64,000 nt of DNA from Alphaproteobacteria bacterium (GTDB lineage: Bacteria; Pseudomonadota; Alphaproteobacteria; G963923945), in the NCBI GenBank assembly GCA_963923945.1, contig OZ000551.1, forward strand, positions 1,752,413-1,816,412, written 5' to 3'. Below, one piece after another: positions 10,234-23,098 of the stretch (positions are counted from its first letter, which is position 1; every line of letters starts with the position of its first letter). The position numbers and the translations under genes are program-made. Under the pieces are notes generated by a model. The model was not told where the DNA came from and made no database searches. It worked only from the letters and a program-made list of their open reading frames with translations.

Positions 10234-11100
10234 ATGATGAGTCAGGGTAAAATTTTTGGCGTGGTTGTCTTGGCGTTATTGGCACTTGTTGCTTATGGCA
10301 GCTTGTTTACGGTTAGCCAGATTCATCAAGCGATTGTCCTGCAATTTGGTGAGCCTAAGCGGGTTATCCGTGATCCAGGTCTGCATGCCAAGCTGCCTTT
10401 TATTCAGAATGTGGTCGAATATGATAAGCGTATCTTGGATTATGATCATCCGGTGCAAGAAGTGATTGCCCTGGATAAAAAGCGGCTGTTGGTTGATGCT
10501 TTTGCCCGCTATCGCATCGTTAACCCCTTGGAGGTTTATAAACGTGCTTCAACAGAGGGCCAGGTCTTACGCTTGCTGGGACCGATTCTTGATGCTGATT
10601 TACGTAGTGTTGTCGGTTTGGTGCCTTTGAATTCCCTGCTTAGTGATGAGCGTGAGGAAATTATGGCGCGTATCCGCAAGCGGGTAAATACCAAGCTCGA
10701 ACCGATTGGGCTTGAGGTTCTTGATGTGCGTATTCGTCGGGCTGATCTGCCCACTCAGAACAGCCAAGCAATTTATGAACGTATGAAGAGCGAACGCGAA
10801 CGCGAAGCCAAGGATTTACGGGCTAAAGGTGCCGAAGTGGCACAAAAAATCCGCTCTGAGGCGGATCGTGAGCGCACCGTCATCTTGGCACAAGCGGATA
10901 AAGAAGGCGAGATTTTACGCGGTGAAGGCGATGGGAAGGCCAATGATATTTATGCCGATGCTTTTGGTCGTGACCCGGAATTTTTCAAATTTTATCGCTC
11001 AATGCAAGCCTATCGAAAATCCCTGACTTCCCGCGATACATTGGTTCTCAGCCCGGATGGCGATTTTTTTGAATATTTCAATGAGACCAACCAGCCATAG
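10234..11100 (+). CDS. hflC: protease modulator HflC
   Basis: SPFH domain protein 3 nt after hflK; N-terminal TM (IFGVVVLALLALVAYGSLF). Confidence 0.85.
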   Translation: MMSQGKIFGVVVLALLALVAYGSLFTVSQIHQAIVLQFGEPKRVIRDPGLHAKLPFIQNVVEYDKRILDYDHPVQEVIALDKKRLLVDAFARYRIVNPLEVYKRASTEGQVLRLLGPILDADLRSVVGLVPLNSLLSDEREEIMARIRKRVNTKLEPIGLEVLDVRIRRADLPTQNSQAIYERMKSEREREAKDLRAKGAEVAQKIRSEADRERTVILAQADKEGEILRGEGDGKANDIYADAFGRDPEFFKFYRSMQAYRKSLTSRDTLVLSPDGDFFEYFNETNQP

Positions 11101-11203
11101 CGGGTCCATCGCTGATAGGGTGCCGAATTTATGATACCGGGTTGCTCCTTTGGTGGAGGCAATAAACTATATGGTGATGATCCTGTGATGATCCTGTTGC
11201 GCG

Positions 11204-11392
11204 ATGGATGATTTTTTAACCGCCTTGGCGTTGGTCTTGGTCATTGAGGGCAGCGCTTATGCTCTCTTTCCCGTGGCTGTCAAACGGATGGCTGCTTATG
11301 CTGCCAAAATGCCAGATCATTTTTTGCGGATCGGCGGCTTGGGGGCGGCCATTTTAGGGGTGGTGGCGGTTGCCCTCATCCGCGCGGCTTAA
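11204..11392 (+). CDS. DUF2065 small membrane protein
   Basis: 62-aa two-TM protein in the conserved position between hflKC and degP. Confidence 0.5.
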   Translation: MDDFLTALALVLVIEGSAYALFPVAVKRMAAYAAKMPDHFLRIGGLGAAILGVVAVALIRAA

Positions 11393-11415
11393 GGGTACTC
11401 TGATACCCTTTAAGA
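11393..11415 (+). terminator. possible intrinsic terminator after the DUF2065 gene
   Basis: taaGGGTActctgaTACCCttt: a 5-bp stem, 6-nt loop and a short T tract directly after the stop codon. Confidence 0.3.
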
Positions 11416-11762
11416 CCGCCTTTAATGACAGTGTCTTGAGCATATTTATACTCTCAAGCATATTGATATGACTTTAAGTTGCGTTCAATAATCAACGATC
11501 AGTATTGCAGCGTGATGCCATGAGCAAGATTTTAAAGACAAAATTGTAACGACAAGATTTTAAGCAGGGGTTCTGGGAGTCTTTATCGGATACTGTGAAT
11601 ATTTAAGATGCTGAGGTGATTGTCATATTTACACCATATTGGTGTTCCATTTCTGATTGTTGGCGGTATTTTTAGTCATGTATTCTCACTCATCACGTAT
11701 TTGTTTTCATTAAACACATAATTTTAATACTGTCGTATTTTTATATTGGAGGTCGGATCACG

Positions 11763-13331
11763 ATGTCTTTGTCGCATATGATCACGCATATCACTGTTTC
11801 GCGCCTTGTTATCATCCGTCTTGTTATCATCCGTCTTGGGGCCATTTTTTTGGTCCCGCGCGGTGGGTTCAAGAGGCCCCGCTTAGCGGGTGGTTTTCCT
11901 GTTGCATTTGTGGTTGCCCTGGTTTCCTGCCTGTTATGGGTTTCTCCTAGTGCAGCCCGTCCGGCCCCTGATGGTTTTGCTGATCTGGCCGAGAGATTGT
12001 TGCCTGCGGTGGTTAATATCTCGACCACTCAAGAGATGCAGCAAAGTGAGATGGAGCCCAATTTTCCGGTTCCAAAACTGCCACCCGGTTCCCCTTTTGA
12101 AGATTTTTTCCGCGACTTCATGGAACGTGGTCGTCCCAACCCCCACCGCAACAGTCACTCGCTCGGTTCTGGATTCGTCATTGATTCGGGTGGCTATATT
12201 GTCACCAACAACCATGTCATTGCTGAAGCATCTGAGGTGCGGGTAATCTTCCACGATGGGAAACAACTTGAAGCTGAGGTTATTGGTCGTGACGATAAAA
12301 CGGATTTGGCCCTGCTTAAAGTGGAGAGTGACACCCCTTTGGTTGCGGTTCCTTTTGCTGATTCCGATCAGGCCCGGGTCGGTGATTGGGTGGTGGCCAT
12401 CGGCAATCCCTATGGTCTTGGCGGAACGGTGACGGCGGGGATTATTTCGGCCCGGGCTCGGGATATCAATTCCGGTCCTTATGACGATTATATTCAGACC
12501 GATGCCTCAATTAACCGAGGCAATTCCGGGGGGCCTTTGTTCAACCTGCAAGGTGAAGTGGTGGGCGTTAACACGGCGATTTTTTCGCCAACCGGCGGCA
12601 GTATTGGGATCGGTTTTTCGATTCCGGCCAATTTGGCCAAGCCGGTGCTGGCGCAATTACGTGAGTTTGGTCAGACCCGTCGCGGTTGGCTGGGTGTGCG
12701 GATTCAGCAAGTGACCGATGAAATTGCCGATAGCCTGGGGATGAAGGAAGAAACCGGTGCTCTGGTGGCCAAGGTCAATCCCGGCGAACCAGCAGCCAAA
12801 GCCGGTATAAAACCAGGCGATGTCATTATTGAATTTGATGGCAAGCTGGTGCCGGGTGTACGTAAGCTTCAACGTATTGTCGCTGAAACCGATATCAATC
12901 GACCGGTTCGGGTCACAGTGTGGCGCGATGAGGGCGAGAAAGTCCTGACCGTCACCGTGGGGGAGCTTGAATCCTTTGAAAAGGCGGCCCTCTCGAAAAG
13001 CGGTGATGATACAACCCAAACCACCACCCAGTTTGATGGTATGGGGATGACGCTCTCTTCCTTGACCCCTAATCTGCGCCGCCAATTTGATCTCAAAGAT
13101 GTTGATGCCGGTGTGGTGATCACCGATGTCGATAAAGATGGTCAAGCCGCCGAGCGCGGGCTGCGCCAGGGCGATGTGATTGTCGAAGTGGGGCAAGAAG
13201 AGGTCAATTCACCCGATCAGATCAGTCAAAAATTGGAAGAAGCCGCCAAAAAAGATAAAAAATCTGTGTTGTTTCTGGTCGAACGTGAAGGCGATTTACG
13301 CTTTATTCCGATGAAATTACGTTCGGGCTAG
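11763..13331 (+). CDS. degP: periplasmic serine endoprotease DegP/HtrA (start probably downstream, near the signal peptide)
   Basis: Catalytic triad context (GNSGGPL), trypsin-like domain plus two PDZ domains; signal-like segment AFVVALVSCLLWVSPSAA. Confidence 0.85.
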   Translation: MSLSHMITHITVSRLVIIRLVIIRLGAIFLVPRGGFKRPRLAGGFPVAFVVALVSCLLWVSPSAARPAPDGFADLAERLLPAVVNISTTQEMQQSEMEPNFPVPKLPPGSPFEDFFRDFMERGRPNPHRNSHSLGSGFVIDSGGYIVTNNHVIAEASEVRVIFHDGKQLEAEVIGRDDKTDLALLKVESDTPLVAVPFADSDQARVGDWVVAIGNPYGLGGTVTAGIISARARDINSGPYDDYIQTDASINRGNSGGPLFNLQGEVVGVNTAIFSPTGGSIGIGFSIPANLAKPVLAQLREFGQTRRGWLGVRIQQVTDEIADSLGMKEETGALVAKVNPGEPAAKAGIKPGDVIIEFDGKLVPGVRKLQRIVAETDINRPVRVTVWRDEGEKVLTVTVGELESFEKAALSKSGDDTTQTTTQFDGMGMTLSSLTPNLRRQFDLKDVDAGVVITDVDKDGQAAERGLRQGDVIVEVGQEEVNSPDQISQKLEEAAKKDKKSVLFLVEREGDLRFIPMKLRSG

Positions 13332-13460
13332 AATGTATTTTATCCTTGTACAGCCGGGCTGATCCGCGCTTTCTTGCCAGGCGACACCGGGAGAAAATCG
13401 CCAATTTCTGCCTGATAAAGCGCGTAGATGCGCTGAGATTGATGCGGTGAGGATGGGTTT

Positions 13461-14414
13461 ATGACCGGTCCCCTTTTGCTGGTTGCCGGACCAACGGCCA
13501 GCGGTAAATCGGCTTTGGCCAGAGATCTGGCCAAAACAATTGGCGGCGTGGTCATCAATGCTGACAGCATGCAGCTTTATGCTGATTTGCCGATTCTCAC
13601 TGACCAACCGGTTGAAAGGGCTGGGATTCCCCATCGGCTTTACGGAATTCTTGAAGCGTCTGAAACCTGCTCTGCTGGACGTTGGCGGGGCTTGGCCCGC
13701 CATCAGGTTGAAGCGGCTTGGGCCGCCGGGTTGGTCCCTATTTTGACCGGTGGTTCTGGTCTTTATCTACGGAGTTTTTTTGGTGGGTTGGCGGCAATAC
13801 CGCCCATTCCAGAGGTGATCCGTACTCAAGCTGTGGCATTGCGCAATCGTCTCGGTGCGGAGGAATTTCATCGTTGTTTGGCCGCCCGTGATCCGCAATC
13901 AGCAGACCGTCTGCATATCCATGATACCCAAAGGGTCACCCGGGCTTGGGAAGTGTTCGAAACCACCAAAATCCCCCTTTCTCAGTGGCAACGCCAGACA
14001 GAATCCCATCATACCGGCCCGGCTTTGGCCATCCTGCTCACTGTGGAAAAAGCCGCCTTGGATGAGGCGATTGCGGCCCGTTTTTCCTCAATGCTTGCGC
14101 GCGGCGTCTTGGCGGAAGTCGAACAATTTATGAATCGTGATCTTTCAGCATCCTTACCGATTATGAAAGTTCTTGGCTTGCCGCAACTGGCCCGTCATAT
14201 CCGGGGAGAATGCCCTCTTGAGACGGCGGTCGAAGAAGCGATCATCGCCACCCGACGTTATGCCAAACGTCAGAGGACCTGGTTCCGTCATCAGTCTTTT
14301 GGCCTCAATGTAACGATAAAGACGCTTGAAAAAAAATATTATGAACAAGAAAAGGCTAAAATTTATTCTTTCATGATGAAAAAGCTATTGACCCCTCAAC
14401 CTGGTTTTGTTTAG
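13461..14414 (+). CDS. miaA: tRNA dimethylallyltransferase
   Basis: P-loop GPTASGKS and DSMQLY motif. Confidence 0.85.
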   Translation: MTGPLLLVAGPTASGKSALARDLAKTIGGVVINADSMQLYADLPILTDQPVERAGIPHRLYGILEASETCSAGRWRGLARHQVEAAWAAGLVPILTGGSGLYLRSFFGGLAAIPPIPEVIRTQAVALRNRLGAEEFHRCLAARDPQSADRLHIHDTQRVTRAWEVFETTKIPLSQWQRQTESHHTGPALAILLTVEKAALDEAIAARFSSMLARGVLAEVEQFMNRDLSASLPIMKVLGLPQLARHIRGECPLETAVEEAIIATRRYAKRQRTWFRHQSFGLNVTIKTLEKKYYEQEKAKIYSFMMKKLLTPQPGFV

Positions 14415-14762
14415 AGCGGTTTTTTTCCGGTGCTGGCGCTTGGAGCGGTATGATTTTTGCCCTAACTATTTTTGCTTTAAATATAATGATTGATACGGTT
14501 GAATCATCTTCAATCAGGAGTCAAATAATTTCATAGAGCCCAGGTTATTTTAGACTCTTTTAGGAAATGTGATCATTTTATCATCAAAATCAGCTCAATT
14601 TATTGGTTTTGGCATTAGATTGGGTGTTGAATTAACAATTTATAGCTGAAAATATGTGATTGAAGAGTGACGCCATAATGATTCTCAAATAATCACCTCA
14701 GTGATCAAAGCTGTTATCGAAAAAAGTATGAAGATACAGGCATTGATGAATAAATAAAAAAT

Positions 14763-16556
14763 ATGAACAAACAAAAAAATATGACCAAAAAAACTACCGA
14801 CCAGGTGACCATGACCGGCGGCAGAATCGTCTTGGAAGCTCTGCGGGAGCAAGGCGTTGACGTGGTTTTTGGTTATCCGGGCGGGGCGGTGTTGCCGATT
14901 TATGATGAGATGTTCAAGCAAACCGCGGTCCGGCATATTTTGGTGCGTCATGAACAAGGTGCGGTGCATGCCGCCGAAGGGTATGCGCGTTCAAGCGGCA
15001 AGGTGGGATGCGTTCTGGTCACTTCAGGACCCGGGGCGACCAATACCGTCACCGGCCTCACCGATGCGATGATGGACAGCATTCCGCTGGTCTGCCTCAC
15101 CGGTCAGGTGCCCACTCACATGATCGGCAATGATGCGTTTCAGGAAGCCGATACAGTGGGGATTACCCGTTCTTGTACCAAGCATAATTATCTGGTTAAA
15201 GATGTTGGCGATTTGGCGCGGGTTCTTCATGAGGCTTTCCATGTCGCCCGCAGTGGTCGCCCGGGGCCGGTTTTGGTGGATATCCCCAAGGATGTCCAAT
15301 TTGCCAGCGGCCCTTATATTTCTAAATCCAAGGTCTCTCACAAAAGTTATCGTCCGCGTATGCGCCCGGCTCAGGCGGCGGTTGCCCAAGCGGTACGGAT
15401 GATGGCCCAAGCTGAAAGGCCGATTTTTTATGTTGGTGGCGGGGTCATCAATTCCGGGCCGCGGGCGTCGCGCTTGCTGGTTGAATTGGTGCGTGAGACC
15501 GGTTTTCCCTGCTGCCAGACCTTGATGGCTTTGGGGGCCTTTCCGGTTTCCGACCCCTTGGCTTTGGGTATGCTGGGTATGCATGGTTCTTATGAAGCCA
15601 ATTTGGCCATGCATGGCTGTGATTTGATGATCAATATTGGGGCCCGTTTTGATGATCGGGTCACCGGCAATCTGGCCGAATTTTCACCGGGCAGCACAAA
15701 AATTCATGTCGATATTGACCCCTCTTCCTTTAACAAAAGTGTTCGGGTTGATGTGCCGATTCAAGGTGATGCGGCCGCCACTCTGGCTGAGATGCTCAAG
15801 ATATGGCGTCAGGGAAATCACCGGCCCAAGCGAACTGCGTTGAAAAGCTGGTGGAAGCAGATTGAGGCTTGGCGGGCCAAAGAGTGCTTCGCCTATAAAA
15901 ACGATACCGCGACCATCAAGCCGCAATACGCTTTGCAGCGTCTGGATGCTTTAACCCGTGGTCGCCACCCTTTCTTTACCACCGAAGTCGGGCAGCATCA
16001 GATGTGGGCAGCCCAATATTTATCTTTTGAGCGTCCCAATCACTGGATGACATCGGGTGGTTTGGGGACGATGGGATATGGTTTGCCGGCGGCGATGGGG
16101 GTACAGATTGCCCATCCCAAAGGGCTGGTGATTGATGTGGCCGGGGAAGCATCCATCTTGATGAATATTCAAGAATTATCGACCATTATCCAGTACCGCT
16201 TGCCGGTTAAAGTCTTTATCCTCAATAATGAATATATGGGTATGGTGCGCCAATGGCAGGAATTGTTGCATGGCAACCGCCTTTCGGAATCCTATATGGA
16301 TGCATTGCCGGATTTTGTTAAACTCGCTGAGGCGTTTGGCGCGGTCGGTCTGCGGGCCACCAAGCCGGGTCAGCTTGATGATGTTATTGGCGAAATGATC
16401 ACGGTTGATCGTCCGGTGATTGCCGATATTGCGGTTGATAAGATGGAAAATTGTTTTCCGATGATTCCATCTGGATCGGCCCATAATGAGATGTTACTGG
16501 GTCCTGAGGATGAGGCTGAAAAACCGGTGAGCGAAGAGGGAATGGTGCTTGTCTAA
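14763..16556 (+). CDS. ilvI: acetolactate synthase large subunit
   Basis: ThDP-binding fold motifs (GYPGGAVLPIYDE; ...GLGTMGYGLPAAMG), 597 aa. Confidence 0.9.
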   Translation: MNKQKNMTKKTTDQVTMTGGRIVLEALREQGVDVVFGYPGGAVLPIYDEMFKQTAVRHILVRHEQGAVHAAEGYARSSGKVGCVLVTSGPGATNTVTGLTDAMMDSIPLVCLTGQVPTHMIGNDAFQEADTVGITRSCTKHNYLVKDVGDLARVLHEAFHVARSGRPGPVLVDIPKDVQFASGPYISKSKVSHKSYRPRMRPAQAAVAQAVRMMAQAERPIFYVGGGVINSGPRASRLLVELVRETGFPCCQTLMALGAFPVSDPLALGMLGMHGSYEANLAMHGCDLMINIGARFDDRVTGNLAEFSPGSTKIHVDIDPSSFNKSVRVDVPIQGDAAATLAEMLKIWRQGNHRPKRTALKSWWKQIEAWRAKECFAYKNDTATIKPQYALQRLDALTRGRHPFFTTEVGQHQMWAAQYLSFERPNHWMTSGGLGTMGYGLPAAMGVQIAHPKGLVIDVAGEASILMNIQELSTIIQYRLPVKVFILNNEYMGMVRQWQELLHGNRLSESYMDALPDFVKLAEAFGAVGLRATKPGQLDDVIGEMITVDRPVIADIAVDKMENCFPMIPSGSAHNEMLLGPEDEAEKPVSEEGMVLV

Positions 16557-17088
16557 GCGTCAAGCGGCGGTCAACCCGGTTCGGCAAGAACCGGTGAGTC
16601 GGCATATCATCGCGGTTTTGGTGGATAATGAGCCGGGTGTTTTGGCCCGGGTGATTGGCCTATTTTCTGGCCGTGGCTATAATATCGAATGTCTCACCGT
16701 CTCGGAGGTCAATGCCCAGGATGTCTTGTCCCGTATCACCATTGTCACATCGGGAACACCGATGATTATTGACCAGATCAAGGCGCAGCTTAATCGTTTG
16801 GTGCCGGTGCATCGGGTTGCTGATTTGACCGATGAACGGACCAATGTGCGCCGCGAACTTTCCCTGGTCAAATTGCGCGGAAAAGGCGAAAAGCGAGTCG
16901 AAGCCCTGAGAATTGCTGATATTTTTCGGGCACGGGCGGTGGACAGCACCGCGCATTCTTTCGTTTTTGAAATGACTGGCAGCCCGGGAAAAATTGATGC
17001 TTTTATCGAATTGATGCGGCCCTTGGGCTTGGTTGATGCGTGTCGGACGGGTGTGGTTGCCATTGCGCGGGGTCCCAAGCCACTATAG
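16549..17088 (+). CDS. ilvH: acetolactate synthase small (regulatory) subunit
   Basis: ACT domain protein ([33 protein letters not shown]) overlapping the ilvI stop by 8 nt. Confidence 0.85.
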   Translation: [179 protein letters not shown]

Positions 17089-17184
17089 AACCATTTTTGG
17101 GTGTTCACGATCCGGCATTGATGGGGCCATTCATCGAATCGACCCATCAAGCGGTCATCACAGAACGAATTCATCACAATATGA

Positions 17185-18213
<1,029 letters not shown>

Positions 18214-18573
18214 CCGCATCAAATGTCATCGGATGCTTGATTGATCGGTTTTTGATGCTGGGACGGGTTGTGCCGGGCCATTACAGACTGGCGGCCTCTT
18301 GCTCTATGTGAGGGAGACGGGGCTTACCGGACCAATAGCTTGAGCTTTATCTTCGATGGTTTTAACCTGCTGAAAATCGGGTTTAAGGCATGATGTGGCG
18401 GGTGCATATTTGATGATCCAGAGCGTTTTTGACGCGGTGTCTTTTTTCGGATGCTGTTTTTGCGTATTTTGAAAAAAAGGATTGTTTAAACAATATAAAA
18501 TATGGGGCCTTTGAGGGTACAGCCTTTAAGAAATGACCATTTTAGAAAACGATATGTCTTAATGTCTTAAAAA

Positions 18574-20205
18574 ATGATCCAGAGAAATGACCATATGACC
18601 CCGTCCTCACAAAAAAAGAATGATTCTCAGCATGTGAAAAAAGAACCCGCACGCCGCATCACCATCTTTGACACCACCTTGCGCGATGGTGAGCAATCAC
18701 CTGGCGCATCGATGAATCTTGATGAAAAGTTGCGGATTGCTCTGGCGCTTGAAGATATGGGTGTTGACGTTATTGAGGCTGGGTTTCCCATTGCGTCAAA
18801 GGGTGATTTTGATGCGGTACAGCAGATTTGTGAGGCGGTATCTGAGCCGATTGTTTGCGGCTTGGCGCGGGCCAATGCGCGGGACATCGAACAAGCAGCC
18901 AAAGCCCTGGCTCCGGCCCGGCGCAAGCGTCTGCATACGTTCATTTCCACCAGCGCCTTGCATATGCGCCATAAGCTGCGGATGAAACCGGATCAGGTGC
19001 ATCAAGCCATTATTGAGAGTGTCACCCTGGCCCGGCGTTTTACCGATGATGTGGAATGGTCACCAGAAGATGGATCACGCAGCGAACATGATTTTTTATG
19101 CCGCTGTGTTGAAGCAGCGATTGCCAGCGGTGCCCGGACGATTAATATTCCCGATACGGTCGGTTATGCCATGCCAGTGGAATTCTCTGGTTTGATCGCG
19201 ATGTTGCGCAACCGGGTGCCGAATATTGATCAAGCAGTGATCTCGGTCCATTGCCATAATGATCTGGGTCTGGCGGTGGCCAATTCCTTGGCGGCGGTTG
19301 ATGCCGGGGCGGGGCAAATTGAATGCACAATCAACGGAATCGGTGAACGGGCCGGTAACGCGGCCTTGGAAGAGGTGGTCATGGCCTTGCGCACGCGCCA
19401 TGATCTGATGCCCTATGAAACCGGTATCAATACCCGTAAAATTAGTCGATTGTCGCATATGGTCTCGACGATTACCGGTTTTGCGGTGCAACCCAATAAA
19501 GCGATTGTCGGCAAGAATGCTTTTGCTCACGAGTCGGGTATTCATCAAGATGGCATGTTGAAAAATGCCAGCACCTACGAAATCATGACTCCTGAATCCA
19601 TTGGTTTGAGCATGTCGCATATTGTTTTAGGCAAACATTCGGGTCGCCATGCTTTTGGCAGCAAGCTGCAGTCCTTAGGGTATCGCCTGGATGATCAAGC
19701 CTTGAACGATGCATTTAATCGTTTTAAGGATTTGGCGGATCGCAAAAAGGAAATCTTTGAAGAGGATATTGTTGCCTTGGTCGATGATGAGGTTATTCGG
19801 GTGAATGATCGCATTCGCTTTTTATCTTTGCGGGTGGTTTGCGGCTCTCAAGATCCGCATACAGCCGAACTCGAACTGGAGATTGACGGGGTCCGGCAAA
19901 ATGGTCGCGCTGATGGTGATGGTCCGGTCGATGCGGTGTTTAATGCCATTGGTCATTTATTTCCCCATGAGGGGCGGCTTTTGCTCTATCAGGTTAATGC
20001 GATTACTGCAGGGACGGATGCGCAAGCTGAAGTGACGGTCCGTCTGGAAGAAAAAGATCAATCGGTGATTGGTCAAGGAGCGGATATTGATACGATGGTT
20101 GCTTCAGCACGGGCGTATGTGAACGCCCTCAATAAATTGATTGTTAAGCGCCAACACCATGAGCCGACTGCGGTTCTGGTCGGGGCGCAACGTAGCGCTG
20201 TGTGA
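18574..20205 (+). CDS. leuA: 2-isopropylmalate synthase
   Basis: [14 protein letters not shown] and [17 protein letters not shown] motifs; C-terminal LeuA regulatory domain. Confidence 0.9.
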   Translation: MIQRNDHMTPSSQKKNDSQHVKKEPARRITIFDTTLRDGEQSPGASMNLDEKLRIALALEDMGVDVIEAGFPIASKGDFDAVQQICEAVSEPIVCGLARANARDIEQAAKALAPARRKRLHTFISTSALHMRHKLRMKPDQVHQAIIESVTLARRFTDDVEWSPEDGSRSEHDFLCRCVEAAIASGARTINIPDTVGYAMPVEFSGLIAMLRNRVPNIDQAVISVHCHNDLGLAVANSLAAVDAGAGQIECTINGIGERAGNAALEEVVMALRTRHDLMPYETGINTRKISRLSHMVSTITGFAVQPNKAIVGKNAFAHESGIHQDGMLKNASTYEIMTPESIGLSMSHIVLGKHSGRHAFGSKLQSLGYRLDDQALNDAFNRFKDLADRKKEIFEEDIVALVDDEVIRVNDRIRFLSLRVVCGSQDPHTAELELEIDGVRQNGRADGDGPVDAVFNAIGHLFPHEGRLLLYQVNAITAGTDAQAEVTVRLEEKDQSVIGQGADIDTMVASARAYVNALNKLIVKRQHHEPTAVLVGAQRSAV

Positions 20206-20376
20206 TGAATGATTACGTTAGCGCTGATGGGCATGCAGACAGGGTTGCCTGAAAGCTATGATTATGCCCCAATAGATTATGCTCGCATACAAAGAGGGTT
20301 TGAATTTTCAGATTAGTAGGCCCAAGAAAAGAGGCTGTTGATGGTTCGATTTTTTGTTCTTTTTTAACGCTTTTAG

Positions 20377-21432
<1,056 letters not shown>

Positions 21433-21685
21433 CTGTGGTGCTGTATTGATATTATTTGTTGTTTTGTGGTAGGTTAGGAGATTAGTTTTTAGTATTGATT
21501 GATCTATAGTCTGTTATTCATTGATTTCTCTATTATTGATTGATATGTCTGTTGATTGACCTATGGTCTGTTATTCATTAATCCATAATCTATTCAATAA
21601 GTTAATCTATTCAATAAGTTATAATTTATCTTTGAGAATTTCGCTGATTTTTTTGATCTGATTTTAATTTCATGGGGGCCTCGCC

Positions 21686-22543
21686 ATGTATCGCGGGCGA
21701 TTTCGGGCGGTGTTACGGGCTGTACCGGTTCGCGGTTTTTTCGATCATCGCGTTTTTTATATTTTTCTTGCCTTGGCTTCGGTTGGTCTCCTGGTTTTTG
21801 CCAAGATCAACCCCGTCGTTACTGAAAAATTCAATGCGGCGGCGTTGGACGCTGTTGTTCCTATTCTTGATGGGCTTTCACAGCCGGTGGCGACCGCCAC
21901 CAATGTTATTGCTGATATCCGCTCCTACATGCATGTTCATGAAGAGAATGCTCGGTTGCGCCTTGAAAATGCCCGCCTAGAAGGGTGGCGTCAAGCAGCT
22001 CTACGTTATGAAATCGAAAATACGGGGTTGCGGTCTTTGCTCAATGTTCCGTCTCAGGGAGCGGTGAGTTATGTTTCGGCGCGTGTGGTGGCGCATTCAG
22101 GAGGACCGTTTGTCCGGGGTATTGTCGCCAATGTTGGCTATGGTGACGGGATTCGCAAAGGCCAGGTGGCTCTGGTTGCTGATGGTTTGGTCGGACGGGT
22201 GGGTATCGCTGGTGATCGCTCGGCGCGGATTATTCTGCTCACTGATTTGAATTCGCGGGTCCCTGTTTTGGTGGTCGGTACGAACAGCCGGGCTATTTTG
22301 GCCGGCGACAATACGGCACGTCCGAAATTGGTTCACATGCCGGTTGATCATGACATACAAATTGGTCAAGAGGTGGTCACATCGGGACATGGGGGGGGTT
22401 TTCCATCCGGTTTGACGGTTGGTCGAGTGGTCGCTATTGATGAGGAGAGCATTCAGGTTCAAACGGCGGTGGATTTTGACCGATTGGAATTCGTACGGAT
22501 TGCTGAATACGGTTTATCGGGAATTTTGCGGGAGGTCCGATAA
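21686..22543 (+). CDS. mreC: rod-shape determining protein MreC
   Basis: TM helix plus coiled coil (ENARLRLENARLEGW) and C-terminal beta domain; positioned between mreB and mreD. Confidence 0.8.
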   Translation: MYRGRFRAVLRAVPVRGFFDHRVFYIFLALASVGLLVFAKINPVVTEKFNAAALDAVVPILDGLSQPVATATNVIADIRSYMHVHEENARLRLENARLEGWRQAALRYEIENTGLRSLLNVPSQGAVSYVSARVVAHSGGPFVRGIVANVGYGDGIRKGQVALVADGLVGRVGIAGDRSARIILLTDLNSRVPVLVVGTNSRAILAGDNTARPKLVHMPVDHDIQIGQEVVTSGHGGGFPSGLTVGRVVAIDEESIQVQTAVDFDRLEFVRIAEYGLSGILREVR

Positions 22544-22571
22544 GATTGCATAATACGGCCAGGGACAGGTC

Positions 22572-23078
22572 ATGATCAATTTATGGCAACGGCTTGACTC
22601 TATGACGCGTGATATCGTGCCCTTTGCGGTTGCGGTGTTTCTCACTCTTATCAGTTCTCTGCCGTTGCCAATTTCTGGCGGTTCGGCGGTGACGCCCATT
22701 TTATCTTTGATTGCATTTTTTTATTGGTATTTGATCCGTCCTGATCTTATGCCGGTTCTGGCGGGTTTTGTTCTTGGGTTGCTTCAAGATATTCTCAGCG
22801 GTGTGCCTTTGGGTCTCCATGCTCTGGCGTATCTTCTTGTTGCTGAGGTGGTGTCCCGTCGTTGGTTTGGACTATCCCGGGAGAGTTTTCGGTCGATGTG
22901 GTTGGGTTTTGCTCTGACGTCTTACGGTTTGGGGATGATCATGTGGCTGTTTTATAGCTTGTTTCACTTCCATTATATCAGCCCGGACATGTATGCTATG
23001 CGTATGATCATCACACTTTTTGCTTTTCCACCTTCGGTTTGGGCATTTGCCGCGATCCACCGTCATATTCTTCGGTAG
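22572..23078 (+). CDS. mreD: rod-shape determining protein MreD
   Basis: Polytopic 168-aa membrane protein after mreC. Confidence 0.7.
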   Translation: MINLWQRLDSMTRDIVPFAVAVFLTLISSLPLPISGGSAVTPILSLIAFFYWYLIRPDLMPVLAGFVLGLLQDILSGVPLGLHALAYLLVAEVVSRRWFGLSRESFRSMWLGFALTSYGLGMIMWLFYSLFHFHYISPDMYAMRMIITLFAFPPSVWAFAAIHRHILR

Positions 23079-23097
23079 GTCATATTCTTCGGTAGGT
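23064..23097 (+). repeat. 17-bp tandem duplication (catattcttcggtaggt x2) spanning the mreD stop / mrdA start junction
   Basis: The first copy contains the mreD TAG (23076-23078); the second copy ends 1 nt before the mrdA ATG (23099). Confidence 0.9.
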
Positions 23098-23098
23098 C

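Noticed and set aside
14420-14762. Possible ilv attenuator or leader peptide in the 340-bp AT-rich region upstream of ilvI
   Set aside because: The only short ORFs (e.g. MKIQALMNK at 14729-14758) are not enriched in Ile/Leu/Val, and no terminator/antiterminator pair is evident.
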